Shown here piece after piece: positions 11,986 through 26,125 of a stretch of DNA of 64,000 nt. The position numbers and the translations under genes were made by a program. This DNA comes from Nitrospirota bacterium (lineage in GTDB: Bacteria > Nitrospirota > JACRHJ01). Numbering within the stretch: position 1 is the first letter of the stretch; each line of letters opens with the position of its first letter. The stretch is from positions 1-64,000 of the forward strand of contig CAVTDB010000017.1 in assembly GCA_963733375.1 (NCBI GenBank), read 5' to 3'. The notes below the pieces were generated by a model. The model worked only from the letters and a program-made list of their open reading frames with translations. It searched no databases and was not told the DNA's origin.

Positions 11986-13510
11986 TCAGGACTTCCGAAG
12001 TTCTTTTTTCAGGATTTTCCCGGTGGGATTTGTCGGCAGATTTTCCATTAACTCTACCTGTCTGGGCAGTTTGAACGAGGCGAGGCGTTTTTTCAGAAAC
12101 GCCTTCAGCTCCTTCTCGGTCACGGTATGCCCTTCATGCACCGAAACAAACGCCTTGGGCACCTCTCCGCGTCCGGCATCCTTTACGCCAACCACCGCCG
12201 CCTGACGCACCGCCGGGTGGGCGTACAGCGCCTCCTCCACTTCTCTCGGGTAGATGTTCATGCCGTGCGATATGATAAGGTCCTTCTTCCTGTCCACGAT
12301 AAATATATAGCCGTCTTTGTCGAGATATCCCAGGTCGCCCGTCAGGAGCCAGCCGTCTTTCAAGACGTCGGCCGTTTCCTGCGGCGCGTTTAAATATCCC
12401 TGCATGACGTTCGGGCCCCGGACGGTTATCTCTCCCACCTGGCCAGGGGGCAAGCTCGGCCCCGTCCTCCGAGATTATCCGCACCTCTATGCCGGGGAGC
12501 GGGATGCCAACCGAGCCGGGTTTACGCACGCCGTCAAGAGGGTTGCACGAGACTACCGGGGAGGCCTCCGTCAGGCCGTAGCCCTCAAGCAGCGGGACGG
12601 GGTAGTTCTTGTCCCAGCGCTCCAGGGTATCGGAGGGCAGCGGGGCCGCGCCGCTGACGCATATCCGAAGCGGGAGGAGCCTGAAGACGAGCCTTGGGAA
12701 ACGCTTCATGGACAGCAGGTTGTAAACGGGCGGGATGGCGATGAAAAACGTCGCCCTGCCCAGGACCACCGCCTTTATTACCCTTGAGAAAGGCTTTACG
12801 GACTTGAGGATTATAACCCTTGCGCCGACGGTTATCGGCAGGAGCAGGCATACCATGAAAGAGAAGGCGTGGAACATGGGAAGGAAGAGAAGGAAACGGT
12901 CCTTCCTCGTCACCTTGAACATCTCCACGCCTGCGTCGGCGTTGGACAGGAGGTTCTTGTGCGTAAGTACCGCGCCTTTGGGCTTTCCGGTCGTGCCGGA
13001 GGTATAGAGTATCGCCGCGGGCTCGTCTTCCGCGCCATCTCGCCGCCCCCGCCCCAGCCGTCTCGGCGGCAGGCGTAGCCGGGCCGCAGTTCACGCCCGC
13101 TTATCAGACCGTCGAATTCGCTTCCTCTGCCGCAGTTTATAATCTTTGACCGTATCGGGAAGGCCGGCGGTTTTATCCTTGAATTCGGGCGACGTGACGA
13201 GGACTTTTGCCTTGCAGTCGGAGAGGATGTACTCTATTTCAGGGGCGGCCAGAAAGGTATTAAGGGGCACGGCGGCGGCGCCGGCCTTGATTATCCCGAA
13301 GTACGCGATTACGAATTCGGGAGAGTTGTTAAGCAACAGCGCGGCGGCATCGCCTCTTTTAAGGCCGAGGGATTTAAGGGAAGCGGCGAGCGCGGTGGAA
13401 AGGGTATCCAGTTCGCGGTAAGAAATTTTCCGCCCCTCAAACGACAGCGCCGTCCGGGAAGGGTATTGTCTCGCGGTTAAACCAAGCCGCCCGCCAAGCG
13501 TGAAACTCAG
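11986..13510 (-). CDS. Long-chain-fatty-acid--CoA ligase (frameshifted; start approximate)
   Basis: ILYTSGTTGKPKG, EGYGLTEASP, TGDLG..D.DG..IVDRKKD, PTGKILK motifs. Confidence 0.9.
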
Positions 13511-13521
13511 AACTGCCCCCT

Positions 13522-13818
13522 TTAGGAATTTAAACCTGACTCGTGCCCGGCGCCCGCCGCACCCGCCATGCCTTCCGGGCCTTCCGGCCCCGCGGCCCTG
13601 GCCGCCTCCATCACTTTGCCCGCCTTGGCAAAATCTTCCGGATGCACGAGGATTTTTATCTCGCCCATTTTCCCCGACAAAACAGGTAACTGGGCGTCCT
13701 TCGACGACTCTATGAGGCAGGGGATGCCTTCGTTTTCCAGGAACCCCTGGATAATCGCGGCCTCGGACTCGTCATAAGTGGTATAAACGTCCACCCACCG
13801 TTCAATTTTATTTTCCAT
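13522..13818 (-). CDS. DUF2007-family putative signal-transducing protein
   Basis: WVDVYTT..ESEAAIIQGFLENEGIPC...IKILVHPEDFAKA pattern. Confidence 0.75.
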   Translation of the reverse strand: MENKIERWVDVYTTYDESEAAIIQGFLENEGIPCLIESSKDAQLPVLSGKMGEIKILVHPEDFAKAGKVMEAARAAGPEGPEGMAGAAGAGHESGLNS

Positions 13819-14011
13819 GGCCGCCCCCCCAAAATATAACGCCGATTATATTCGCCCTGAAATTATGCTGTCAAGGAAAAGCTTGAAATTATTGCCGTTG
13901 CCGATTATATTATACCATCCCGGTTGGCAAAATCCGCCCTCGCCTGCTATAATATTGATTTTACGCTATTATTCTACTTTGCAGTTCATATTGCGACCTT
14001 AGGAGGAATTT

Positions 14012-15083
14012 ATGGGACTCACGGAGAACGTAGAGAAGTTGATGGAGAAAAGGCCGGCGCAGGTGGCAAAGAAACTCGGGAGCGCATCCAAGGTCCTGCT
14101 GGTGTCGTCGGACCCGGTTTTCCGCGCGCTCAAGGACCACAAGGTAATTATCATGGCCTGCAATACCCGCATCAAGCACGTCATACCCGGGCATCATGCG
14201 GGCGGCGCAGGAGCTGGACGCGATCATAGCCTTCGAGCTTGCCAAATCCGAAGGGAACTTGAAGGGCGGATATACCGGGATGGACCCGTACATCTTTTTC
14301 GATACCATCATGGGGTATGCGGAAAAGACGAAGTTCACGAAACCCTTCTTCATACACGGCGACCACACCACCACGAAATCCAAGGACCCGGAAGTGATAG
14401 CGGACTCCAGGGCGCTCATCAAAGGGGAGCTTGATGCGGGCTATACCTCCGTCGCTATAGACGCGTCGTTTAACCAGATACCGGATAACATCATCGTGAC
14501 GACCGACCTGGGCCGCGACGTCAAGGCCGCGGGCGCGGGGCTGGAAGTCGAGGTGGGCGAGATAAAATCCGTCGGCTACGAAGGCGACATAACCACGGTC
14601 GAGGAGGCTGTGGACTTTATCACCGGCCTGGAAAAAAACGGCATCCAGCCGAACCTGCTGGCCATAAACAACGGCTCGAAGCACGGCAATTACCTGCCGG
14701 GCGAGGAAGTCCATATAGACTTGAAACGCACCGGCGAGATATATGACGCCATAAAGAAATGGGGCGTGAATATCGCCCAGCACGGCATCACCGGGACGCC
14801 GCTTTCGCTGGTAGGCCAGTTCGCGGACTACGGCATAAGGAAGGGGAACGTGGGCACGAACTGGCAGAACATCGCCCACGATTGTCTGCCCAAGGACCTG
14901 ATGCAGGCGATGCGCGACTGGGCCAAACAAGAAGGCAAGGACATCAAGTTCGCCACCAAGCAGTTCTACACCGAGATAGACAATATCCCGGAGGAGTACA
15001 AGAAGAAGACGGAGGATGTGGCTTACCAGTCGGCTAAGGAATTTATAGAGGCCTTCCGCGCCCCCGGGACCGCGCGTTTTTAG
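14012..15083 (+). CDS. fba: Class II fructose-bisphosphate aldolase (frameshift near 14190)
   Basis: IHGDH, DAS, EVEVGEI, NGSKHG, AQHGITG, KGNVGT motifs. Confidence 0.88.
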
Positions 15084-15158
15084 AGCGGGATAGTTTAAAA
15101 CCGTTCCTTTGGGAAAGAAGCACTCGGGGATACTTTTACTGGAATGTTAAGGGGTTAT

Positions 15159-16466
15159 ATGCTCCAATACTTAATCGACGCCCTGAAATCCCGTTCCGAA
15201 TTCTCCGCCTGGCAGGTGATGAAGGCGGTAAAAAGGAGCCACCAGCTTTTCCTTATCCGCGAAGAGGTGGAGTCCGTGCGCCAGGTGGACACGGTGAAGT
15301 ATTACGTCACCGTCCACCAGGAGCGTGAAGAGGGCGGCGGCGGGGCGGGAAGAAGGTGATGGGCGAGTCCAGCTTCGTGTTTCTCGAAGGGGACGACCCG
15401 GGGCCGATGTTAGAGCTGGCGTTGGAGATGGCCGTCGCGCGTATCGAACCAGCCGTGGACGCTGCCCGGCCCGGACCAGCGGTACGCGGGTTCGGAGATA
15501 AAGGACGAGTCGATAGTCTTAAACCCGGACAAGATAATCCGGAAGGTGCAGGAGGAGATACTGCACGCGGTGGGCGAACTTCATGACGTGCGGCTTTCGT
15601 CCTCCGAGCTTTTCGCAAATTATACCGTGTACGAGATGGAGAATTCCCTCGGGCTTAAAAGCGCTTCGGCGGATACCGATCTACTCTTCGACTTCGTCCT
15701 GCTCACCGGAGAAGGGCACGCGGAAGTGGAGTCGTCCGGGTACAAGACCGTCCGGTTCTACAAGGACCTTCATGCGGGAGAGACGCTCCGGAAATACGCG
15801 CAGTACGCGCGCGATTCCCTGACGGCGATCCTCCCGGAGAACGGCAAGGCGGACGTGGTGTTCGCGGAGGAGGCGCTGGATACGCTTTTCAATACCTTCG
15901 TCTCCCACGCCGGAGGGTCTTCCGCGTACCAGGGCTGGAGCCGGTTCGAGAAAGACAAGCCGGTAATCGAGGCGCCGGAGGGCGAGCTTCTGACGATGTT
16001 TTCTAACCCCCAGCTTCCCGCCATGATGAAGAGCGGGCCGTTCGACGACAACGGGCTGGCCAGGAAGCGCGTCGAAGTCATACGGGAAAACATATTCAAA
16101 AAGCGCACCCTGGACAAGCGGTACTCGGACTATCTCGGCGGGGAGGCGACGGGCGCGTTTGCAAACGTGGAGGTGGAGGCGGGGGCGAAGAAGCATGGAC
16201 GAGCTGCTCGCCGACGGGACCTATCTGCTGCTTCGGTTCTCCACCTTCGAGCCGAACCAGATAACCGGGAATTTCTCCGGCGAGATACGCACCGGCTACC
16301 GCATCGAAGGCGGCAGGCGCATCCCCATCAAGGGCGGAAGCGTCTCCGGCGTAATCCAGGACGCCTTCCGCAGCGCGCGTGGTTCTCATCCGAAAAAGTC
16401 AGCCGCTCGGCATACAGAGGCCCGGCTGGGATAAAGCTCGCGGGGCTGGATTTGGCGGGGGAGTAA
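15159..16466 (+). CDS. TldD/PmbA (TldE)-related metallopeptidase (frameshifted)
   Basis: PFDDNG, ITGNFSGEI, PIKGGSVSG motifs across several frames. Confidence 0.75.
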
Positions 16467-16513
16467 AATTTTAGACTAACATTCTTGACCACCTCGCCCG
16501 CCTCATTCCCAAG

Positions 16514-16542
16514 TTGCTTTTTTAAAATAAAAAAATTATAAT
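16514..16542 (+). promoter_or_regulatory. Sigma70 promoter of alaS
   Basis: TTGCTT-17 nt-TATAAT. Confidence 0.6.
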
Positions 16543-16592
16543 ATTCTTACGCTTAAGGGGCGGGGTGCGCCCTTTTGAAATTTTATAAATAA

Positions 16593-19247
<2,655 letters not shown>

Positions 19248-19258
19248 AGCACAACCTT

Positions 19259-19349
19259 GTTACCTTTTTGGAAAAAGGTAACGCCAAAAACTTTTAAACT
19301 GTCCCGCTTTCTTTTGGGTCCTTTTCTTTCACGCTGAAAGAAAAGGAAC
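19259..19349. repeat. REPIN-like paired palindrome, copy 1
   Basis: GTTACCTTTTTGGAAAAAGGTAACGCCAAAAACTTT plus a second CTTTTCTTTC..GAAAGAAAAG hairpin. Confidence 0.85.
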
Positions 19350-19382
19350 GGTTTCTCCCCTGTTTAAATTCGGAGGTGGCTC

Positions 19383-19709
19383 ATGGTCTACGACATGGTG
19401 CGCAAGGCGCTTCTTGCCGGGCTCGGGATGCAGGAGAAGGTGGAGGAACTCGTTGACGACCTCGTAAAAAAAGGCGAGCTTAACGAGCGCGAAGGGGCAA
19501 AGCTCATGAAGGAGTGGATGGAGCGCGCGAAGACCTCCACGCAGGACATGAGCAAGATGGCGTCCGACAGCATGAACATGGCCTTCGACAAGCTGAACGT
19601 GGCGTCGAAGGACGAGATGAACGCGCTGTCCAAGAAAGTCCAGCAGCTCTCCGTCCGCGTGAAGAAACTGGAAGCAGAGATAAAGGCGAGTAACGAAGAC
19701 GTAGCATAA
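19383..19709 (+). CDS. Phasin-family / PHA granule-associated-like protein
   Basis: KALLAGLG..EKVEELVDDLVKKGEL, LNVASKDE coiled-coil; upstream of an ABC1 kinase. Confidence 0.75.
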   Translation: MVYDMVRKALLAGLGMQEKVEELVDDLVKKGELNEREGAKLMKEWMERAKTSTQDMSKMASDSMNMAFDKLNVASKDEMNALSKKVQQLSVRVKKLEAEIKASNEDVA

Positions 19710-19714
19710 TTTAA

Positions 19715-21411
19715 ATGCCCCTGAGATCATTTATTTTAGGACGGCGCTATAAAAACATAGCGAGGCTGCGCCACATCATCCCAGGTTTTCCTTGGGAAGG
19801 GGTTCGGCCATATAATCGCCCAGCTCGAACTGAACCGCGCGCTTCCTTTCAGGCGCAGGTTTGCGAGGCTCCCGGAGCCGGAGAGAAGCTCCATCCCGGT
19901 GCGGCTCAGGGAGGCGTTCGAGGAACTGGGACCTACCTTCATCAAGCTCGGCCAGGTCCTCTCCGGCCGCCCGGACTTAATCACCGCCGTATATGCCAAC
20001 GAATTTAAAAAGCTCCAGGACGAGGTCCCTCCGTTCCCGTTCGAGGAGGCGAAGAGGATTATCGAATCCGAGCTTGGCGCCCCGCTGGAGAGCCTGTTTT
20101 TATCCTTCGAGGAAGTTCCCGCCGCCGCCGCATCGATAGCCCAGGTGCATCACGCAACTTTAGCTGACGGCACGGACGTGGTAGTGAAGGTACAACGGCC
20201 CGATATCCAGGAGAATATCGAACAGGACATCCAGATATTAAAGGGGCTTGCCGCGCTCATCGACAAGCACATCCCGGAGGCGAGGGTATATAACCCTACC
20301 GCCATCGTGGAGGAGTTTGCCCGCACGGTGCGCCGCGAGATGGATTTTGGCATGGAGGCGGACAACGCGCTTAAGTTTACGGAAATTTTCCGGGGAAGCG
20401 CGACCATATACATACCGCAGTGTCTTCGGCGCCCATTCCAGCAAAAAAGTGCTGACGCTTGAGAGGATAAACGGGATACGGATAAACATGATCGCCGAAC
20501 TGGACGCCGCGGGGTTTGACCGCCACGTCCTGGCGGAAAACGGCGCGAACGCCTTCTTCAAGCAGGTCTTCGACGACGGCTTCTTCCATGCGGACCCCCA
20601 TCCCGGCAACATGTTCGTCATGGAGGACGGGAAAATCGGGCTTGTCGACTTCGGCATCGTGGGCAGGCTCACCGAGGAGAACCGCGAGGTAATAGCCGAT
20701 ACCTTCCTGGCGCTCGTGGACAAGGACTTCGACAAGCTGGTGCGGCAGTATATATACATGGGTTTCGTATCGGACGACGTGGACCTGGAGACCTTCAGGC
20801 GGGGGTTCAAGGCGGACCTGGTGGACCTGATAGAGCCGCTCTATACGAAGAAACTGGGGCAGATAAAGATCTCCGATTACTTGGAGCGGATAACCGGCAT
20901 CGCGACCAAACACGGCCTTCAGTTCCCGCGCGGGCTTATCCTGATGAACAAGGCGCTCCTTATAATGGAGGGCCTGGGGCGGGAGCTGGACCCTGATTTC
21001 AATTTCATGGAGGCCGCCAGGCCGTACGCCCACAAGCTGGTGATGGGGAAGTACGCGCCCGGCAGGATCGGCATGAAGGTGAAGAAGGCCGCGGAGGACC
21101 AGGCCGATTTCTACCTGCACCTGCCAGGCCACATAAGGACGATATTAAGGAAGATAATAAAAGATGACATAAAAGTAAACCTGGACGTATTGCACCTGTC
21201 GAGGTTCATCACCGAGTTCGACCGCTCGACCAACAGGATTTCTTTCGCGCTGATTATTACCGGAATAATAATCGCCTCGGCCGTCATAATACATGCGGGG
21301 AGGGGGCCTTTGATGTTCGGGTTCCCGTCGCTTGGGATCATCGGCTATATTATCGCGGTGGTCCTGGGCCTCTGGCTGGTATGGGGCATCATCCGCTCCG
21401 GAAGGCTATAA
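19715..21411 (+). CDS. AarF/ABC1/UbiB-family atypical kinase (frameshifted)
   Basis: LGPTFIKLGQ, AAASIAQVH, VVKVQRP, FHADPHPGN, DFG; C-terminal TM helices. Confidence 0.92.
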
Positions 21412-21427
21412 TGGCATCTTCCTGATT

Positions 21428-21478
21428 ACCCTCTCCACTTGTGGGGGAGGGAAGGCCGAAGGCCAGGGTGGGGGTGAG
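21428..21478. repeat. GC-rich REP-like palindrome
   Basis: accctctccacttgtgggggagggaaggccgaaggccagggtgggggtg. Confidence 0.45.
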
Positions 21479-21481
21479 GTT

Positions 21482-21914
21482 ATGCGGGTGCTGGGGCTGG
21501 ACGTGGGGGAGAAGACGATCGGCGTGGCGGTATCCGACGGGCTTGGGATTTCGGCGCAGGGCGTGCTGGTCATCAGGCGGCAGTCGAAGGAGAAGGACAT
21601 GGCCGCGCTTTTAAAGATTATCGAGGAATATGAAGCGGGACGTATTATAATCGGGCTTCCGAAGAACATGGACGGGTCTTTAGGCCCGCAGGCCGAGAAG
21701 GCGCTAGCGTTCGCGGAGATGTTAAAAAAACGCTTCGGCCTGCCTGTGGAAGCGTACGACGAGAGGCTTTCGACGGTGCTGGCCCAGAAGGCGCTTATAG
21801 AAGGCGGGGCGTCGAGAGCGAAGAGGAAGACGGTTATCGACATGCTCGCGGCCCAGGTTATCCTGCAGGGCTGGCTGGACAGAAAAGGGAAGTCCGCCGA
21901 AAGAAATATCTTGA
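21482..21914 (+). CDS. ruvX: RuvX/YqgF nuclease (stop probably lost through a 1-nt error)
   Basis: MRVLGLDVGEKTIGVAVSD, GLPKNMDGS, DERLST, IDMLAAQVILQGWLD. Confidence 0.92.
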
Positions 21915-21937
21915 ACAAGGCAACCAGGAGGTTTAAC

Positions 21938-22260
21938 ATGAAATATCTGAAATTAATGTTTACCGCATCCGTCGTTGCCGCAGCATTATTCCTGATGTCC
22001 GGCATGGGCTTCTCCGATGAACAGGCCGCCCCGGCCCCGTCGCAGGACCAGGCAGCGCCGGACCAGGGCGTAGCGCCCGCGCCGGACCAGGACCAGGGCG
22101 TCACGCGCCGGAAGCAGGACCAGGGCGTCACGCCGCCGGACCAGGACCAGGGCATACCCGCGCCGGATAATGGAACGGACCAGACGCCCGGGCAGGATGA
22201 CGAGGACAACGGCGGGAGCCAGGACGAGCAGCCCGCGCCGGATGAGCCGCAGACCTTTAA
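21938..22260 (+). CDS. Secreted acidic Pro/Gln/Asp-rich low-complexity protein (end uncertain, 22260 or 22411)
   Basis: RBS AGGAGG, signal peptide, repeated PDQDQGV/I units. Confidence 0.6.
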
Positions 22261-22328
22261 ACCGTACTTTTTCTTCCGGGCGAAAGAGTACCGGAAGCCG
22301 GGTAGAAAAGCTGACCGGGACGTACCGG

Positions 22329-22378
22329 GAAACGATTTACCTGTCCAGAGCGAAACGATTTACCTGTCCAGAGCGAAA
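22329..22378. repeat. Perfect 23-bp tandem duplication
   Basis: gaaacgatttacctgtccagagc x2 plus gaaa. Confidence 0.85.
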
Positions 22379-22417
22379 GCGAAGACAGATAGCGAAGACA
22401 GAACCCAGTGACTTTTT

Positions 22418-24362
22418 ATGAAATACATAAAAAGCGGGACGATGTGGCTTTTATTTTTTTTAATGGTTGCCGCGCTTGGGGCGTTGACTTCATGCGCCGC
22501 GGGGCGCCATGCCGCCATGTCCGCCCATCCCGGCTCACTCGCCGCCCCTGATATAACCGTCCCCGCAGGCAACGCCGCCCTACCTGCCTCACGCGGCTCA
22601 GCCGCCCGCGCATCCAATGATAAAAATATCGCACCTTTGATAGGCTGGGTCCCGTGGTCGGACGCCGCTTTTGCGAAGGCCAGGGCCGAAAACAAGCTGG
22701 TGTTCCTGGATATCTCGTCCGAGTGGAGCGCGTGGCCGGGACAGGGCGGCAGCTTTCCGTCCGACCCGGAGACGGCGGGAATAATAGAAAAAAATTATAT
22801 CCCCGTATATGTGGACGCCGACAGGAGGCCTGACGTGTACGAGCAGTACGGACGGGGCGGCCTGCCGTCTTTGTCCATACTGAACCCCGACGGTTATGTC
22901 CTGGCCTCGGCCAATGCCATGACCCTGCCCGAGCTTAAAAATTTGATAGCCACGCTGGCGAAGAATTATGAAAAAAATAAAAGCCTCATAGACGAGGCCC
23001 TCAAGTAATTCTTCCAGTGTGACCAGGCCGAAGCCGCCCAAAGGAAGAGTATCCTCTGGAAAAAATGCCGGAGGGCACGCTTGCCGCGCTGGCGGCCGAG
23101 TGGGACCCTGTCCACGGCGGTATCGGGCACAAGAAGTTCCCCATGCCGGAGGCGCTGGACTTTTTGATCTACGTCTCCGGCGCACCCGAAATACCAGGAC
23201 GGCACGGACCCGAAGCCGATGGCGCAGGCCGCGCTTGACGGGATGGCCGCTGGACTTTTCGACCGCTCCGAGGGAGGTTTTTTCAGGTATTCGGACACGC
23301 CGGACTGGAAGAGCCCTCACAAGGAGAAGCTCCTCGGGCTGAACTCGGAGCTGATAATAACGTACCTGAGCGGCATACGAGACGTACGGGGACAAGGAAG
23401 ATTTAAGGATAGGAGAGTCCTCGGCCAGTTTTTTGCGCAAATATTTGCTGATTGAAAAGACGGGCGCGTTCATGAACAGCAGGACCGAAGGGCTCCCCGC
23501 CGACAGGACCGTCTTCGCGGACGGGAACGGGAAGGCGGCCCTCGCGTTCCTTGAGGCGTACCGGGTGACCGGCAAAAGAGAATATCTTGCTACCGCCCTG
23601 AATTCGCTGGATTATGTAATTAATAATTTATATAATGAAAAAGCGGGCGATATGATAGGCGTAGCGCATTTCGCCGGGGCGGCGGGCGGGATGCTTGGCT
23701 TGTCCGACCAGGTCTTGCCAGCCCTTGCGGCGGCGCGGGCATATCAGGCTACGGCAGACGCGAAGTATCTTGATTTTGCCGTAAAGGTAAGCTCAGTCTG
23801 CGATGAGAAATTTTATGACCCGAAGGGATTCGGGTTTTACGGTTTCTGGTACGCACGAGACGCCGCCGGGCCTGCTTGAAGAATAAAAAGAAGCCGCAGG
23901 CAGAGAACGCGAAGATGTCCGAGCTGCTGCTCACGCTTCATTCCCTGACGGGACGTGACCGGTATCTGGAGACGGCCAAAAAAACGGTGGTCCCCTTTAT
24001 GCCGGCTTACCGCAAATACCCGGCGTGGTCCGCCCCGGTGGCCCTCTCCGCCGCAAGGCTGGTTTCCGGCACCTGCCAGTTCTTTGTGGTGGGCAGGAAA
24101 TCCGAGCCGGGCTTTGGCGAACTGCTGAGTGAGTCGTACCGGTTCGAAGACCCGGACCGTGTGGTCGTGCCGCTTGACGCGGATAGGGATAAGGACCGGA
24201 TTAAAGAACTGGGATACGGACACGGAAACACGCCGACGCTCTACATATGTTCCGACGAGCGCGTGTTTCTCTCCGGTAAAGCCGGGAGAGAGCATGGAGG
24301 GTGTCCGGACGCTCCTGAAAAAATGCAGGGAAGCCGAAAGGCGGCAAAAATATGGAAGATGA
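22418..24362 (+). CDS. DUF255 / YyaL-SSP411-like thioredoxin-domain lipoprotein (frameshifted)
   Basis: Lipobox LTSC; W.PW..AFAKARAENK, VDADRRPDV, GGLPS, GGFFRYS..PDW..PH.EK.L. Confidence 0.8.
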
Positions 24363-24540
24363 AATTACTCCGGAGATGAGCATTAACGATATAATCAGGA
24401 AATATCCCAACACCATGGGGGTATTTAACCGGTTCAACGTGGACTCCTGCTGCGGCGGCGCGAGAAGCTTGAAGGTAGTTGCCGAGGAGGATAAGCTGGA
24501 CCTCCAGGAGTTGATTAAAGCGCTCATGGAAGGGATTTAA
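24352..24540 (+). CDS. Stand-alone DUF542/DUF1858 (ScdA/Ric N-terminal-like) domain protein
   Basis: SINDIIRKYP..VF.RF.VDSCCGG..SL motif. Confidence 0.75.
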   Translation: MEDEITPEMSINDIIRKYPNTMGVFNRFNVDSCCGGARSLKVVAEEDKLDLQELIKALMEGI

Positions 24541-24647
24541 GCCAAGTTGAGCGGTATTATCAGGTTGGGACAGCTTTGGGCTAACTGGGGCACAAAAGCC
24601 ACAAAGCAGGCGGGCCGCAAAATGCCGTAGTTTTATTAACTCATATT

Positions 24648-24690
24648 TTTCAAGTAGTTGCATAGCCTCTGCTCTGGCAACCCTTTTGCA
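24648..24690 (+). promoter_or_regulatory. Sigma54 (-24/-12) promoter with an adjacent IHF-like site
   Basis: TGGCAACCCTTTTGCA at 24675-24690 (GG-N10-GC); TTTCAAGTAGTTG at 24648-24660 has one mismatch to WATCAANNNNTTR. Confidence 0.72.
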
Positions 24691-24732
24691 AGCACCAGGT
24701 TAGGTGGGTTCACTAGCCTTCAGCAGGTGCGT

Positions 24733-25140
24733 ATGGCAAAAGTTAGTTCCGGGGGCGGAGTCCTGGTCGGGAGTTTCGATACGGCGGCGGTTGAATCCAT
24801 GAAAGGGTTCATAGCCGCTAAATATAAAAGAGAAGTGACCGGCGTAACCGAGACGTCGGAGCTTATTCTGGAGGTTATCGGCCGGGAACTGGACCTTGTC
24901 ATAATCGATACCAACCTTAAAGGCCTGCCCCCGGCGAAGACGGTCCAGATAGTAAAGAGGTGCAGGCCGTCCCTGCCGGTTATAGTGATCTCCGACGACT
25001 ATACTGTCGCCACGGGAAGCCGGATAATGGAGCAGGGCGTGTTTTATTATATGTACAAACCCGTTGAGATGGACCAGCTGGGCGAGCTGGTCGAGCGGGC
25101 GCTTTTGAAGCGGGCGAGAGAGAACGGCGGCAGGAGATGA
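24733..25140 (+). CDS. Atypical single-domain response regulator receiver
   Basis: DLVIID, PVIVIS and YKP kept; the N-terminal acidic pair is replaced (VGSFD). Confidence 0.75.
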   Translation: MAKVSSGGGVLVGSFDTAAVESMKGFIAAKYKREVTGVTETSELILEVIGRELDLVIIDTNLKGLPPAKTVQIVKRCRPSLPVIVISDDYTVATGSRIMEQGVFYYMYKPVEMDQLGELVERALLKRARENGGRR

Positions 25141-25180
25141 AATATAGTCGGCGTTTTAATGTCAAAAACGGAGGTGCATG

Positions 25181-25411
25181 ATGGCGAGTTTTGAATTGGA
25201 CGTGAAAGGCGAAGTCTGTCCGTACGCAACCGTAAAGACCAAGAAGTTCGTAAATTCCAAGATGGCTTCCGGAGACCAGGTCGTGGTTATCCTGGACTAT
25301 CCGCTCTCAAGCGAAGAGATACCCAGGTGGGCGAACGAGGCCGGGCACAAGGTGCTGGGAGTGGACAAGGCGGGAGACGCCGTCTGGAAGATAACAATCC
25401 AAAAGGGATAG
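25181..25411 (+). CDS. tusA: TusA-family sulfur carrier
   Basis: LDVKGEVCPY motif, IPRWA..GH. Confidence 0.88.
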   Translation: MASFELDVKGEVCPYATVKTKKFVNSKMASGDQVVVILDYPLSSEEIPRWANEAGHKVLGVDKAGDAVWKITIQKG

Positions 25412-25431
25412 TCTAAAAGGGGGTTTTAGAG

Positions 25432-25753
25432 ATGGCTGGAAACAAGCTTGGCATCCTGCTGACTACCAGCCCGGAGAGCGAAGACAGGCATACCGTCGTG
25501 AAGCTCTGCGAGGCCGCCCTGGAGTCGGGCAAGGAAGTCCAGATATTCATGATGTGCGACGGCGCGTTCAACTCGTACTGCGAGTCCATTACCGCCCTGA
25601 TACCGAAGGGCGTGAAGATATCGCAGTGCCACCACAACGCCGGCGAGAGAAAAATCAGGAGGAGACGAGAAGGCGCCGGGGATTGCGTCCGCGAGCCAGT
25701 ACATATTCTCGGGGATAATATCCGAAGTAGATAAACTTATCACGTTCTGTTAG
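25432..25753 (+). CDS. DsrE-family sulfur relay protein (frameshift near 25660)
   Basis: LGILLTTSP, VQIFMMCDG, Cys in ISQCHHNA, C-terminus SQYIFSGIISEVDKLITF. Confidence 0.75.
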
Positions 25754-25764
25754 AGGGGGATAAA

Positions 25765-26113
25765 ATGGGCGATAACCTGGTGATAATGATGAGGCGCTCC
25801 CCCTTCTCGACCGTGAGAAACTATCGAGGCCTTGCGCTCCTGCGTGGGACTCAGCATGGGGGACGACCCGCTGACGATGCTGTTCATCGAAGACGGGGTA
25901 TATACGGTTGCCGCAAAAGGCAAGCCGGTGCTGGAAGGTTTCGACTGGAACAAGCACCTGGAGATGCTGAAAGAGCTGGAGTTCCAGCTCGTGGTGGACA
26001 AGCAGTCCGCGGATGAGCGCGGCGTGACGGAGTTTAACTGGGAGCCTGAGGTAATGTCCAGGGAGCAGATTGCAGCGCTCCTGAAGGACGCCAAGGCCGT
26101 TATCACGTACTAA
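25765..26113 (+). CDS. DsrF/TusC-like protein (frameshift near 25825)
   Basis: MMRRSPFST..EALRSCVGL, LFIEDGVY, VDKQSADERG. Confidence 0.75.
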
Positions 26114-26125
26114 AGGGGGGCGAGA

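Noticed and set aside
10538-12087. Template/variable repeat pair of a diversity-generating retroelement
   Set aside because: Mismatches are not adenine-specific on either strand (C/G, C/T, G/T changes and an indel occur), and there is no reverse transcriptase in the window.
21332-22411. RuvX fused to a secreted repeat domain (359-aa ORF)
   Set aside because: An internal RBS, ATG and signal peptide at 21938 and an off-frame TGA at 21912 point to two genes joined by a 1-nt error.
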